Assembly (NCBI GenBank): GCA_963668625.2
Contig: CAXXKA010000006.1
Location: 128,001 to 192,000 of the forward strand
Source of the DNA: an uncultured candidate division Zixibacteria bacterium
GTDB lineage: Bacteria; Zixibacteria; MSB-5A5; UBA10806; 4484-95
Length of the DNA: 64,000 bases
Direction: 5' to 3'
The notes under the pieces: model-generated
The model's input: only the letters and a program-made list of their open reading frames with translations
What the model was told of the DNA's origin: nothing
The model's database searches: none
Translations under genes and position numbers: made by a program
Shown: one piece after another, positions 18,583-28,439 of the stretch
Layout: each line of letters opens with the position of its first letter
How positions within the stretch are numbered: the stretch's first letter is position 1

Positions 18583-19041
18583 TTTTTCCCTCCATCAATG
18601 ATTAGGTTTATATCAAGTTCAATTAATTGCTTTGGTTAAAAATTTCTCTTACCTCGTATGCTCCGGTTCACCTCCTTGTATATATTTAGGGTAATGTATA
18701 TTTAACGCTATCTGGAATCTATTATCGATTGTTTGCCAACTATGTTTAGCCGGAATTTTCATTTTTAGTATATTTTTATGATTTTTTTGGGGGCCTATCT
18801 CATATTATTGGAATGAGTTATGTGGTGTTGGAATGACATATATCATAAAAAAAACAACCCGATAATGCTGTTCGGTATCATTTAACCCGGCTAAACGGAG
18901 CTTCTGTTCGGCTATATTAAGCTGCCGGGCGATTGATATAATTTGTTGATTATAGGTAAACTCTATGATATGATTTTAGCCGGAGTTGCGGATTAGCAAC
19001 GTTTAATTATGCAACGGTTTTAGAGAAAGTGATGGTATTAT

Positions 19042-20367
19042 ATGAGCAATGATATCAGTTCCTTATGGAAAAGTGAGGATTGGTGGGCAGTCTGGATTGG
19101 CTTTATTATCTTCGCGGGCTCTTTTTTAAGTTGGGTGCCCAAAATCCCCAAAGTTGGTGGTTGGTCGGATTCGCCGCTTGATGCTTTCATGATTATCAAG
19201 GACGGTGTGGTCAGCGGCAGCCTTATAGTTCCTTTACTGCTGCTGATGGCCGGCATCGGTATATTAACCGCTATTGCCGTTGCTTTCATGAAAACCGAAA
19301 ACGTAGGCCAATACCTGATCGGTTTTGTTGTTGTATTTATCCTGGCCTGCCTCTCTTATTGGATTGCTCATCAAACTAATATAAAATACTGGGGACTAAG
19401 CTACGCCATGTGGGCGCTGATAGTAGGCCTGTTGATATCGAATACTATCGGAACGCCATCATGGCTAAAAGCGGCGGCGAAAACCGAGCTGTTCATTAAA
19501 ATCGGTCTGGTGCTTTTAGGCGCGGAGATTTTGTTCAAGAAGATACTATCGCTCGGGCCTCCTGGTTTGATGGTTGCCTGGATAGTCACCCCGGTTGTAG
19601 TAATTTTCATGTACAAGTTCGGCAGGGATTTTCTGAAAATGAAAAACCTTCACCTGGTGATAATTATTGCGGCCGCCACCTCGGTTTGCGGTGTCTCGGC
19701 GGCCATTGCTACCGCTGCCGCCTGCTGCGCCAAGAAAGAGGATTTGACCCTGGCTGTCGGTATGACACTCATATTCACCGTGCTGATGATGTTTTTCATG
19801 CCGCTGGGGATAAAAGCGATGGGTATGGATCCCATACTCGGCGCCGCCTGGATGGGGGGGACTATCGATTCCACCGGGGCAGTCGTTGCGGCAGGCTCCA
19901 TGCTGGGCGCGGATGCCGAGAAAGTTGCTGCTGTAGTCAAGATGATCCAGAACGTGCTTATCGGTTTGGTGGCTTTCGTGGTGGCAATTTATTGGGTGAC
20001 AGTAGTCGAGCGCGATCCCGAATGCAAGCCCAATGTCATGGAGATCTGGTATCGTTTCCCGAAATTCGTCATCGGGTTCGTAGCGGCCTCGATATTGTTC
20101 TCGTTCGTACTGGTACCTATGCACGGCGGTGATTTTACCATCGTAGAGGCGAAATATATCAAACCCATAACCAAAACTCTTCGGGGATGGTTTTTCTGCC
20201 TGGCGTTCGTAGCTATAGGTCTCGAATCCAATTTTAAAGACCTGGTGAGCCGTATGGAGCGGGGTAAACCGATGCTGCTGTACGTGGTTGGTCAATCGTT
20301 TAATTTGATTTTAACGCTGGCTGTTGCTTTCCTGGCTTTCATGGTGTTGTTTAAAGATTCAATCTAG
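19042..20367 (+). CDS. YeiH/putative sulfate exporter family membrane protein
   Basis: SEDWWAVWIG, EFIKIGLVLLG-like, SVCGVSAAIA, AWMGGTIDSTGAVVAAG, RFPKFVIGF, AFVAIGLE. Confidence 0.88.
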   Translation: MSNDISSLWKSEDWWAVWIGFIIFAGSFLSWVPKIPKVGGWSDSPLDAFMIIKDGVVSGSLIVPLLLLMAGIGILTAIAVAFMKTENVGQYLIGFVVVFILACLSYWIAHQTNIKYWGLSYAMWALIVGLLISNTIGTPSWLKAAAKTELFIKIGLVLLGAEILFKKILSLGPPGLMVAWIVTPVVVIFMYKFGRDFLKMKNLHLVIIIAAATSVCGVSAAIATAAACCAKKEDLTLAVGMTLIFTVLMMFFMPLGIKAMGMDPILGAAWMGGTIDSTGAVVAAGSMLGADAEKVAAVVKMIQNVLIGLVAFVVAIYWVTVVERDPECKPNVMEIWYRFPKFVIGFVAASILFSFVLVPMHGGDFTIVEAKYIKPITKTLRGWFFCLAFVAIGLESNFKDLVSRMERGKPMLLYVVGQSFNLILTLAVAFLAFMVLFKDSI

Positions 20368-20378
20368 ATGAGGAGACG

Positions 20379-20621
20379 ATGCAGGAACGATTGAAAGACT
20401 GGTTGAAATTTCTCGGTGGACTTATTGCCCTGGCGTTGATCGTAGCATTTTTCAGCTCGGGATACTCGCCTCCGGGGATTTGCGGCGAGGTGCTCCGCCA
20501 TAACCAGCAAAATAACATAGATGCTTCACCGCTCCTTTATTCGGAGGTAGAGCATATGAGTGAATTGGAAAAAGGCGTGAAAGAGCTGAGGGAAAAAGCC
20601 GCCGCAGCGAAAATCCCTTAG
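20379..20621 (+). CDS. Small hypothetical membrane-anchored protein
   Basis: SD GAGGAG, N-terminal TM, 'IDASPLLYSEVE'; co-transcribed with YeiH. Confidence 0.65.
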   Translation: MQERLKDWLKFLGGLIALALIVAFFSSGYSPPGICGEVLRHNQQNNIDASPLLYSEVEHMSELEKGVKELREKAAAAKIP

Positions 20622-20960
20622 TTGAATTTGATAATCTTTTTCTCGAAATTTACCACTTTTGGCGGTTTCTTACCTTTGCCGGGCGCTAATACATGACCCT
20701 CGAGTTCGAGCCTTTTAGCCTGGTAATCTATTCCCCCAGGATATTTATCGTTCAAGCTGCCATCTGTTTTAAGCGTGCGCCAGAAAGGTGTCGCCCGCAC
20801 TTTGCCTTTGGGAACTATCTTTAATAAAGTGACAAGATCAACAGGGCGGGGGTAAGTATTCTACCTTTTGAGGTATCTGCGTATTTAACCTCTTTCTCCT
20901 TTGAATCTTTATGCGCCAGGGTGTTTTAATTTTATGTCTGTTTTCCGGAGGTGGAATCAT
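20618..20960 (-). pseudogene. MGMT/ATL-like DNA-alkyl repair protein pseudogene
   Basis: KTPWR..KGRIL/PRPVDL..VPKGKV joined directly to TPFWRTLKTDGSLNDKYPGG..QAKRLELEGH; frameshift plus apparent internal deletion. Confidence 0.6.
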
Positions 20961-20979
20961 CTCTTTCTTTGAACCCACT

Positions 20980-21519
20980 TTACTCGAACTTCTCGTAGCT
21001 GGTTATACCTTCAGCAAAAGCTTTGTACCCCGTTTCATCGAACAAAACGAAAACAACCGATTGTAGTTTCTTCGAATTCCGTAAAAACGCGTAAACTTGT
21101 TCAATCATCACGCCGGCACATTTCTCGATAGGAAATCCACCTACGCCAGTTCCCAGCGCGGGGAAACTAATCGATTCGATTTTATTTTTCTCCGCCAATT
21201 CGAGCGTTGCGATTGTAGTTGTTCTAATCAGCTCTTCGCTCGTAATGAGGTCCTGTCCCATTGCCGCGGCGTGTATTACGTATTTAGCTTTAAGCTCACC
21301 GGCATGAGTGATCACCGCTTCGCCGGCATTGATCGGCCCCTGCTTGATAGCCGCCTCCTCGATAGAAGCACCGCCTTTTCGTTTGATCGCTCCGGCAACT
21401 CCGGCGCCCATCCAGAGATGGTTGTTGGCGGCGTTAACTATCGCCCCGGTACCGGCCTCGGTGATATCGCCTTGACGGATGATAATCGTTTTGCCGTCAA
21501 ACTCTAATTTCGCCTCCAT
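20980..21519 (-). CDS. Macro domain protein (ADP-ribose binding/hydrolase)
   Basis: QGDIT, AIVNAAN, MGAGVAGAI, YVIHA, FPALGTGVGGF. Confidence 0.92.
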   Translation of the reverse strand: MEAKLEFDGKTIIIRQGDITEAGTGAIVNAANNHLWMGAGVAGAIKRKGGASIEEAAIKQGPINAGEAVITHAGELKAKYVIHAAAMGQDLITSEELIRTTTIATLELAEKNKIESISFPALGTGVGGFPIEKCAGVMIEQVYAFLRNSKKLQSVVFVLFDETGYKAFAEGITSYEKFE

Positions 21520-22100
21520 GTGAAAGCTCCTTTAAAGTGATTATCGAGCATCCTGAAAAACCTGTTGCTCTTTAATTTCAATACTATTACGGAAAGTAAA
21601 TAGATAATGATAGCCGCCAGAACCACCCCGACTATCGCCCCCGCTAAAACATCCGCCGGGTAGTGACGGCCCAGGTATATTCGCGATATACCTATAAGAG
21701 CGGCAATCGTGGCAAATAACCAGATGTATTTTCTGACGAAGAAAGATAACGCGGTCATGGCGGCGAAAATGTTTACCGCATGGTTGGAGGGAAAACCGAA
21801 TTTGCCACCGCAGCCCACTAAGAGCCTGATATCACCCAGGGTATGGCATGGTCGAGGACGACCGAAAAAGGGCTTGAGCAGGTAATGGGTGAGCGGATCG
21901 AGCAAGGCGACGCAAACGGCAGCCACGACAAGAGCGATACGTACTTTCGCCGAACCACGCCAGACGATAGCAGCCGCTACAATAAGCATTAACGCGAGAA
22001 ATATTTTAGATTCGGCCACGGTTACGAAAAACGTATCGAGCACCGGATTGGCCAGATCGCGATTAAAGAAATACAAAATCGCTTTGTCTATCGCCTCCAT
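21504..22100 (-). CDS. PAP2-family phosphatase (undecaprenyl-PP phosphatase-like)
   Basis: KPFFGRPRP, FPSNH, SRIYLGRHYPADV. Confidence 0.92.
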   Translation of the reverse strand: MEAIDKAILYFFNRDLANPVLDTFFVTVAESKIFLALMLIVAAAIVWRGSAKVRIALVVAAVCVALLDPLTHYLLKPFFGRPRPCHTLGDIRLLVGCGGKFGFPSNHAVNIFAAMTALSFFVRKYIWLFATIAALIGISRIYLGRHYPADVLAGAIVGVVLAAIIIYLLSVIVLKLKSNRFFRMLDNHFKGAFTWRRN

Positions 22101-22128
22101 AAAAAAATCCTCCTCGTAAGAGGAGGAT
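22101..22128 (-). terminator. Terminator hairpin that also contains the PAP2 Shine-Dalgarno
   Basis: Minus strand ATCCTCCTC-TTAC-GAGGAGGAT-TTTTTT-ATG. Confidence 0.7.
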
Positions 22129-22166
22129 AATGATTGATGATCTAAAACTCAACAAGTTTCGGAACG

Positions 22167-24254
22167 TTATTTGATCATTATACATTTCCGCGTCTGGCTG
22201 AAATCACCGGCCTGGATTTTATAAAGATAAATACCGGATGGTTTATCCGAGGCGTGCCAGGTCACGTTGTGCCGTCCCGCCTGATGGTAGCTATCGACCA
22301 GCGTTTCGACTTTCCTGCCGAGTATATCGTAGATATCGATACGAACATCCGTAGCGGAGGGTATATCATAGGAGATATTCGTAGAGGCGTTAAACGGATT
22401 GGGGTAATTCCCTGCCAGGTGGTATGATGATGGAACGATCGGCTCGGTATCATCGATACCCGTCGGGCTGAACCGGCAGGTTATGAGCGAGTTGCGATCG
22501 GAAATATAAACATACTCTCCATCAACAGCGACATCGGTAGCCCAGCCGGGAGTGTTGTACCTGGCAACCGAGTAAATATTCGGCAGATCGCTTATATCGC
22601 AAATCCAGATATCATTTTCCGCCAGGTAAGCGTAGTGACCATCAGTCCACATATTTTGTGCCTGTCCTTGCGCTCCCCAGGCAACCACCTGGGATGGGTT
22701 ATACGGATCGCCGACATCGATAATATGATAACTCAGGCAGGTAACCAGGTATGCCCGGCTATCGACGATATCTACGCTTTTACAATAGTGGGGCACGTAG
22801 AATTCACTGATATATTCCGGTTCGAGCGAGTTAGATATATCAAGGATTAACAATCCCAGGTAATCATCACTGATATAAAGGTAATCTCCATTTTTAGTCA
22901 TGCTGGTTGGCTGAGTTGCTGAGATATCATATTCGGCAACCAGGGAGGGGAATTCGAGATAGTCCAAATCGATTATTTGCATATCAGCCTGGTATAACAG
23001 CAGATATGCCAGGTTGTCTTTAACCGCGATTCCCCTGATCGAAGAGGGGGCGGTGTAGGTACCGACAATATCCGGCGTGAACGGATTGGTGATTTCGATT
23101 ATATAAAGCGTATTGTCACCCGCCGCAACGAATGCATGAGTATCGGTGATATAATAATCCGTTACCCATTCGGGTAGTATCAACCTGCCCAGCACCTCAG
23201 GCAGGGATGGATTCGAGTTGTCGACTATATGAAAACCACCCGCGTAAAGAAGGCCATCATGTTTTTCCGAGGTGAATATCCGCCTGGAGGTGGTGTAGTG
23301 GTTAACCAACTCGGGCGTATCCTGAGTCGAGATATCGTATGAGTATATCCCCCTGTTGCTGAATGCAGCATACAGCATCCCATTGCCGTAAGCCAGTGTG
23401 GTACCCAAGCCGGAGACGGCTATGCGATTGACGACGACAGGCGCGGACGGATCGGAGATATCGACAACAATCAGGTCGTCATCCCAGGTTAAAATATAGG
23501 CGTAATCGTTTCGTATATGAATATCAATATATCCCTCATTGAGCTGGCTTAAAAGCTGCGGAGTGTATGGATCGGTAATATCAAAAATCAGCAGCCCCGA
23601 TCCCCAATTGTTGAAAGCGTACAATATATCGCCATCGATAAAGGCTTTATTACAGCCTGCCGGGATCGGTATGGTAGTAATCAGCTCGGGCAGTTCCGGG
23701 TTCGCGATATCGTACACTATTACGCCGTCGATATCCGAGGATATATAAAGCATATTATTGTATCCGGTGATATCCATAACCAATGAGTATGACTGGTAAT
23801 AGACCTGTTCAAGATGTTCAGGGTCGGAGAAGTCGATCGCGTAAATACCTTTGTCGTTATCGGCGAGGAATGCGTAATCGCCGGTAATTTCCAGATCGAT
23901 AATCTCGCCACCGGTATGGAATGTCGAGATCAGTTGCGGAGATTCGATATCGCTAATATCGATCACCTGCAGACCGGCGGTGCCGCTTGCCAATAATGCG
24001 AGATCGCTTTCGATTGCTACGGCGAAAGTCTCACCCTCGGTATACAATCTCGAAATCTCCACCGGATACTCGGCATCGGTGTAATCGAGGATCACTAGGC
24101 CGTTCACGAAACCGCAGTAGGCGTAGTTGTCGACGATTTCAATGTCATTGACACCGTTCCATAATGTGCTGTTTACATATTCCATTTGCTGAGCTGAAAC
24201 TGGAAAGGCACAAATGAAAATAACAAACACTACGATAAGTTTTGTTTTAAGCAT
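22167..24254 (-). CDS. Secreted LVIVD-repeat beta-propeller protein with T9SS/FlgD-like C-terminal sorting domain
   Basis: Signal peptide; repeated GLxIIDISDPxxP / YAYL units; C-terminal NYPNPFNASTNISY..IYDILGRKV..SGIYLYKI. Confidence 0.88.
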   Translation of the reverse strand: MLKTKLIVVFVIFICAFPVSAQQMEYVNSTLWNGVNDIEIVDNYAYCGFVNGLVILDYTDAEYPVEISRLYTEGETFAVAIESDLALLASGTAGLQVIDISDIESPQLISTFHTGGEIIDLEITGDYAFLADNDKGIYAIDFSDPEHLEQVYYQSYSLVMDITGYNNMLYISSDIDGVIVYDIANPELPELITTIPIPAGCNKAFIDGDILYAFNNWGSGLLIFDITDPYTPQLLSQLNEGYIDIHIRNDYAYILTWDDDLIVVDISDPSAPVVVNRIAVSGLGTTLAYGNGMLYAAFSNRGIYSYDISTQDTPELVNHYTTSRRIFTSEKHDGLLYAGGFHIVDNSNPSLPEVLGRLILPEWVTDYYITDTHAFVAAGDNTLYIIEITNPFTPDIVGTYTAPSSIRGIAVKDNLAYLLLYQADMQIIDLDYLEFPSLVAEYDISATQPTSMTKNGDYLYISDDYLGLLILDISNSLEPEYISEFYVPHYCKSVDIVDSRAYLVTCLSYHIIDVGDPYNPSQVVAWGAQGQAQNMWTDGHYAYLAENDIWICDISDLPNIYSVARYNTPGWATDVAVDGEYVYISDRNSLITCRFSPTGIDDTEPIVPSSYHLAGNYPNPFNASTNISYDIPSATDVRIDIYDILGRKVETLVDSYHQAGRHNVTWHASDKPSGIYLYKIQAGDFSQTRKCIMIK

Positions 24255-24387
24255 AATTCCTCCCGGTACATAATAAGTTATATAAAAATTTATTCAGAAC
24301 TGTCTAGATCATAGATAAATGAATATTTATTGTCAAGGAGAATATGATTTTCTGGATAAAGCCTCTGTTTTATTGTATTAATACTTT

Positions 24388-25134
24388 ATGGCATTGATGT
24401 TCGAGAAATACGCCGCCGACTATGCCGAGTATCGTCCGGCGTACCCCGAGGATATGATCGAGTCATTAGTGAAACGTTTTCATATAAGCGATAGAACCAG
24501 AATACTCGATTTGGCTTGCGGAACGGGAAAATTCGGGGAGTCGTTGACAAAGCAGGTAAAACCCGTAATAACGGGCGTAGATAAGTCGCTGGTGCTTCTT
24601 GGCTACAATCAATACTCGGATAAGCTGAATTGTGTCTCGGAGTCACTGCCTTTTGCTGATTCCGCTTTCGATATCGTTACCATCGGGCAAGCGTTTCACT
24701 GGTTCGATTTCGAGCTGGCGTTTGCTGAAATCTCTCGTGTTTTAAAGCCAGGCGGTGGTTTGATCATTGCCTGGTACAGGCGAGCACGGGCATCAGGCGG
24801 CTACCGGAAGAAAATGGATGAGTTGGTAAAAAGCCTGAATCCGGGTTACGAACCCGAGTTTATGGATTATGATTGGCAATCCATAATAGCAAAGCAAGGC
24901 CGATTCGAGGATATTGATTATTTTAAAACTAAAGTTGTTTTGAAATTAACCGTTGATGATTATATCAAACTTCAGCGATCCAAATCGTATGTAGGTGACT
25001 CCATGTCAGGAAAAGATATCGATATCTGGACTGAAAAAGCGCTGGAGATTGTACATGATGAATTTCCTGATGGGATTGTTAGCGAGGATTTACAATATTT
25101 CTATGTTTCAGCATCTCGGATTAAAGATCAATAA
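24388..25134 (+). CDS. Class I SAM-dependent methyltransferase
   Basis: YAEYRPAYP, ILDLACGTG, GQAFHWFD, RVLKPGG. Confidence 0.9.
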   Translation: MALMFEKYAADYAEYRPAYPEDMIESLVKRFHISDRTRILDLACGTGKFGESLTKQVKPVITGVDKSLVLLGYNQYSDKLNCVSESLPFADSAFDIVTIGQAFHWFDFELAFAEISRVLKPGGGLIIAWYRRARASGGYRKKMDELVKSLNPGYEPEFMDYDWQSIIAKQGRFEDIDYFKTKVVLKLTVDDYIKLQRSKSYVGDSMSGKDIDIWTEKALEIVHDEFPDGIVSEDLQYFYVSASRIKDQ

Positions 25135-25288
25135 CGGGAACATTCTAGTATCATTTTCATCTTATTATATATTTGTAAAGACTGTTGTACCCGTGTGTCC
25201 TTTTGAAACAAATAGATACGATTATGTCAATAATAATTAGAAAAGTGTTAAAACATGAACCTGAAGAGTACATAGGTCTTTAATCCGC

Positions 25289-25317
25289 TTGCCTTTAACC
25301 GATAAAGGTAGTATAGT
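25289..25317 (+). promoter_or_regulatory. sigma70-type promoter for ppdK
   Basis: TTGCCT-N17-TATAGT. Confidence 0.55.
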
Positions 25318-25358
25318 ATAAGCTAATTTTTTTGAATAATTGAATTCTACATAAAGGA

Positions 25359-28256
25359 GTGGAGATGGTAGCAAAAAAGAAAGCAAAGGCAAAAAAAACA
25401 ACAAAGAAGAAAGCAGCGAAGAAGGTAGCCAAGAAAAAAGTTGCCAAGAAAGTCGCTAAGAAAGTAGCGAAGGAAACAGCAAAGAAAGTAGCAAAGAAAG
25501 CAGTAAAAAAAGTGACTAAAACAGCAGCTAAGAAAAAAGTTGCAGCTAAGAAAAGTGTGAAAAAAGCAGCAACTTCAACATCTAAAAAAGGTAAATTAGT
25601 CTATTTATTTGGCGGTAATAAAGCCGAAGGCGCCGGAGATATGAAAGATCTTCTGGGCGGAAAAGGAGCCGGATTGGCCGAGATGACCAATATCGGAATT
25701 CCTGTTCCTCCGGGATTTACGATCACCACCGATGTCTGTGCGCTTTTCTATGAAAATAACATGGAAGCTCCGAAAGAGCTGGAAAAACAGATGCAGGATG
25801 GAATCAAGCATGTCGAGAAACTCACCGGCAAGAAATTCGGTGATAACTCCGATCCTCTTCTGATTTCCGTGCGTTCGGGCGCCAAATTTTCAATGCCAGG
25901 TATGATGGATACAGTTCTGAACCTTGGTTTAAATGAAGAGACCATTCAGGGCTTGATTGCCAAGACCGAAAACGATCGTTTCGCGTATGACAGCTATCGT
26001 CGTTTTATCCAGATGTTCGGCAATGTCGTTCTGGGAATCGATAAGGCCGAATTCGAGGATATTCTCGAGGCTCGTAAGCACAAGCAGAAAATCAAACTCG
26101 ATGTTGAAATGACTGTCGATGATCTCAAGTATATTATCAAAAAATACAAAGAGAAAGTTAGAGAGAAAACCGGTGATGATTTCCCGCAGGATCCGCAGGT
26201 GCAATTGCAGATGTCCAGGGATGCGGTATTTCGCTCCTGGAACAACCCTCGCGCCATCACTTACCGTAAGTTGAACGATATCCCGGGTGACCTGGGAACG
26301 GCTGTCAACGTGCAGGCTATGGTTTACGGTAATATGGGCGAAAGCTCCGCCACCGGCGTAGGTTTCACCCGCGACCCCTCAACCGGCGCCAAGAAATTCT
26401 ACGGTGAATACCTGACCAACGCCCAGGGCGAGGATGTCGTGGCCGGTATCAGGACACCCAAGCACATCAATGAGCTTTCTAAAGAGATGCCGAAGGTTTA
26501 CAAGCAGCTCAAGGATATCACTGACAGGCTGGAGAAACATTATCGCGATATACAGGATTTCGAGTTCACCATCCAGGAGGGTATCCTGTACATGCTCCAG
26601 ACCAGGACCGGCAAGCGCACCACCGCCTCCGCGGTTAAGATTGCCGTCGATATGGTTAAAGAGAAACTGATCAATAAAGAGGAGGCCCTTCTACGCGTGG
26701 AGCCCCATACACTCGATCAGTTATTACATAAGCAAATTGACCCGAACGCCTCGGTTAACGTAATCGCGACGGGTCTGGCCGCTTCGCCCGGAGCAGCCTC
26801 CGGTATGGCGGTATTTTCCTCGGATGACGCGGTGCGTTTTTCCGAAGCCGGTAAGAAAGTAATCCTGGTAAGGCAGGAAACCAATCCGGATGATATTCAC
26901 GGCATGAACGTGGCCGAGGGTATCCTTACCTCCCGTGGCGGTATGACCTCCCACGCGGCGGTAGTCGCTCGCGGTATGGGAAAATGCTGTGTCGCCGGTG
27001 TCGAGGATATCAAGGTGTATGAGGTCGATCGCAAGTTCATCGTTGGCAAGAGTGTTATCTCCGAAGGTGATATTATCACCTTAAATGGCAGTACCGGTGA
27101 GGTTATGTCAGGTGAAGTGTCGACTATCGATCCCGAGCTTTCCGGTGAATTCGGCACGTTCATGAAATGGGCCGATGATGTTCGTAAGCTTCGCATAAGA
27201 ACCAACGCCGACACGCCGCAGGATGCCAAAGTCGCTCGTTCGTTCGGCGCTGAGGGTATCGGGCTATGCCGAACCGAGCACATGTTTTTCGCCCCGGATC
27301 GCATTCCGATCGTCCAGAAGATGATTTTAGCAGATAACGAACTTGACCGTCGAGAGGCATTGGATAAACTGCTGCCTTATCAGAAAGATGATTTCAAGGG
27401 TATTTTCGAAGCCATGCAGGGATTGCCTGTCACGATCAGGACAATCGACCCACCGCTTCACGAGTTCTTACCTGATAAGGAAGAGGTAGTCAAAGAAATC
27501 GAGAAGATGAAAGGCGAGGGCGCCTGGGATGACGATATCAAGGCCAAGGAAAAAATCCTGTCTCGTATCGATGACCTTACGGAGTTCAACCCCATGATGG
27601 GGCATCGCGGTTGCCGTCTGGGTATCACCTACCCGGAGATTACCGAGATGCAGAGTCGGGCGATATTCTTAGCCGCCTGTGATATGGCAAGGAAAGCCAG
27701 TAAAACTCCGCCGATTCCGGAGATAATGATCCCGCTGGTCGGTACCGTTGCTGAGCTTCGTCACCAGTCCGCCATTGTGCATCGCGTTGCCAAAGAGGTC
27801 ATGACTCAAACCAAGCAGACTATCAAGTACCTGGTTGGCACGATGATCGAGATTCCGCGCGGCGCCGTTACTGCCGACGAGATTGCCGAAGTAGCAGAGT
27901 TCTTCTCGTTCGGCACCAACGATCTCACACAGATGGCGTTCGGTTACTCTCGTGATGATGCCGGCAAATTCATCAAGATTTACCTTGAAAAAGGCATACT
28001 CGAGAAAGACCCGTTTGTCACGCTCGACCAGACCGGTGTTGGCAAACTGATGGAGATCGCGGTAGAGAAGGGTCGCAAGGCCAAACCCGATATCAAGCTG
28101 GGTATCTGTGGCGAACATGGCGGTGATCCTGCCTCGGTTCAGTTCTGCCATAAGCTGGGCTTGGACTACGTTAGTTGTTCACCGTATCGTGTGCCGATTG
28201 CCAGGCTTGCCGCCGCGCATGCCGCATTAGGTACCACCGATTATACGATGAAATAA
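25359..28256 (+). CDS. ppdK: Pyruvate, phosphate dikinase with N-terminal Lys/Ala-rich extension
   Basis: LLGGKGAGLAEM, SVRSGA..SMPGMMDT, GGMTSHAAVVARG (phospho-His), GIGLCRTEHMF, FSFGTNDLTQ, GICGEHGGDP. Confidence 0.97.
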   Translation: MEMVAKKKAKAKKTTKKKAAKKVAKKKVAKKVAKKVAKETAKKVAKKAVKKVTKTAAKKKVAAKKSVKKAATSTSKKGKLVYLFGGNKAEGAGDMKDLLGGKGAGLAEMTNIGIPVPPGFTITTDVCALFYENNMEAPKELEKQMQDGIKHVEKLTGKKFGDNSDPLLISVRSGAKFSMPGMMDTVLNLGLNEETIQGLIAKTENDRFAYDSYRRFIQMFGNVVLGIDKAEFEDILEARKHKQKIKLDVEMTVDDLKYIIKKYKEKVREKTGDDFPQDPQVQLQMSRDAVFRSWNNPRAITYRKLNDIPGDLGTAVNVQAMVYGNMGESSATGVGFTRDPSTGAKKFYGEYLTNAQGEDVVAGIRTPKHINELSKEMPKVYKQLKDITDRLEKHYRDIQDFEFTIQEGILYMLQTRTGKRTTASAVKIAVDMVKEKLINKEEALLRVEPHTLDQLLHKQIDPNASVNVIATGLAASPGAASGMAVFSSDDAVRFSEAGKKVILVRQETNPDDIHGMNVAEGILTSRGGMTSHAAVVARGMGKCCVAGVEDIKVYEVDRKFIVGKSVISEGDIITLNGSTGEVMSGEVSTIDPELSGEFGTFMKWADDVRKLRIRTNADTPQDAKVARSFGAEGIGLCRTEHMFFAPDRIPIVQKMILADNELDRREALDKLLPYQKDDFKGIFEAMQGLPVTIRTIDPPLHEFLPDKEEVVKEIEKMKGEGAWDDDIKAKEKILSRIDDLTEFNPMMGHRGCRLGITYPEITEMQSRAIFLAACDMARKASKTPPIPEIMIPLVGTVAELRHQSAIVHRVAKEVMTQTKQTIKYLVGTMIEIPRGAVTADEIAEVAEFFSFGTNDLTQMAFGYSRDDAGKFIKIYLEKGILEKDPFVTLDQTGVGKLMEIAVEKGRKAKPDIKLGICGEHGGDPASVQFCHKLGLDYVSCSPYRVPIARLAAAHAALGTTDYTMK

Positions 28257-28276
28257 ATTCGGATTAACCGATATTT

Positions 28277-28308
28277 AAAAGCCGCTCTTGATGGGCGGCT
28301 TTTTTTTG
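28277..28308 (+). terminator. Rho-independent terminator
   Basis: AAAAGCCGCTC-TTGAT-GGGCGGCTTTTTTTT. Confidence 0.8.
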
Positions 28309-28439
28309 ATCGATGGATTGATATTCTGTTTGCTTAAAAAACCATCTCACCTCACAGCAGCTGAGATGGGGTACCTTTTAACATCAAACCAATAACATTA
28401 ATTTAAAATACTATAGTAATTTTCTGTTGATGATTACTT

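Noticed and set aside
19546-20295. 249-aa antisense ORF (and the many other antisense/alternate-frame ORFs in the track)
   Set aside because: Shadows of well-supported genes with GC-rich third positions; no motifs.
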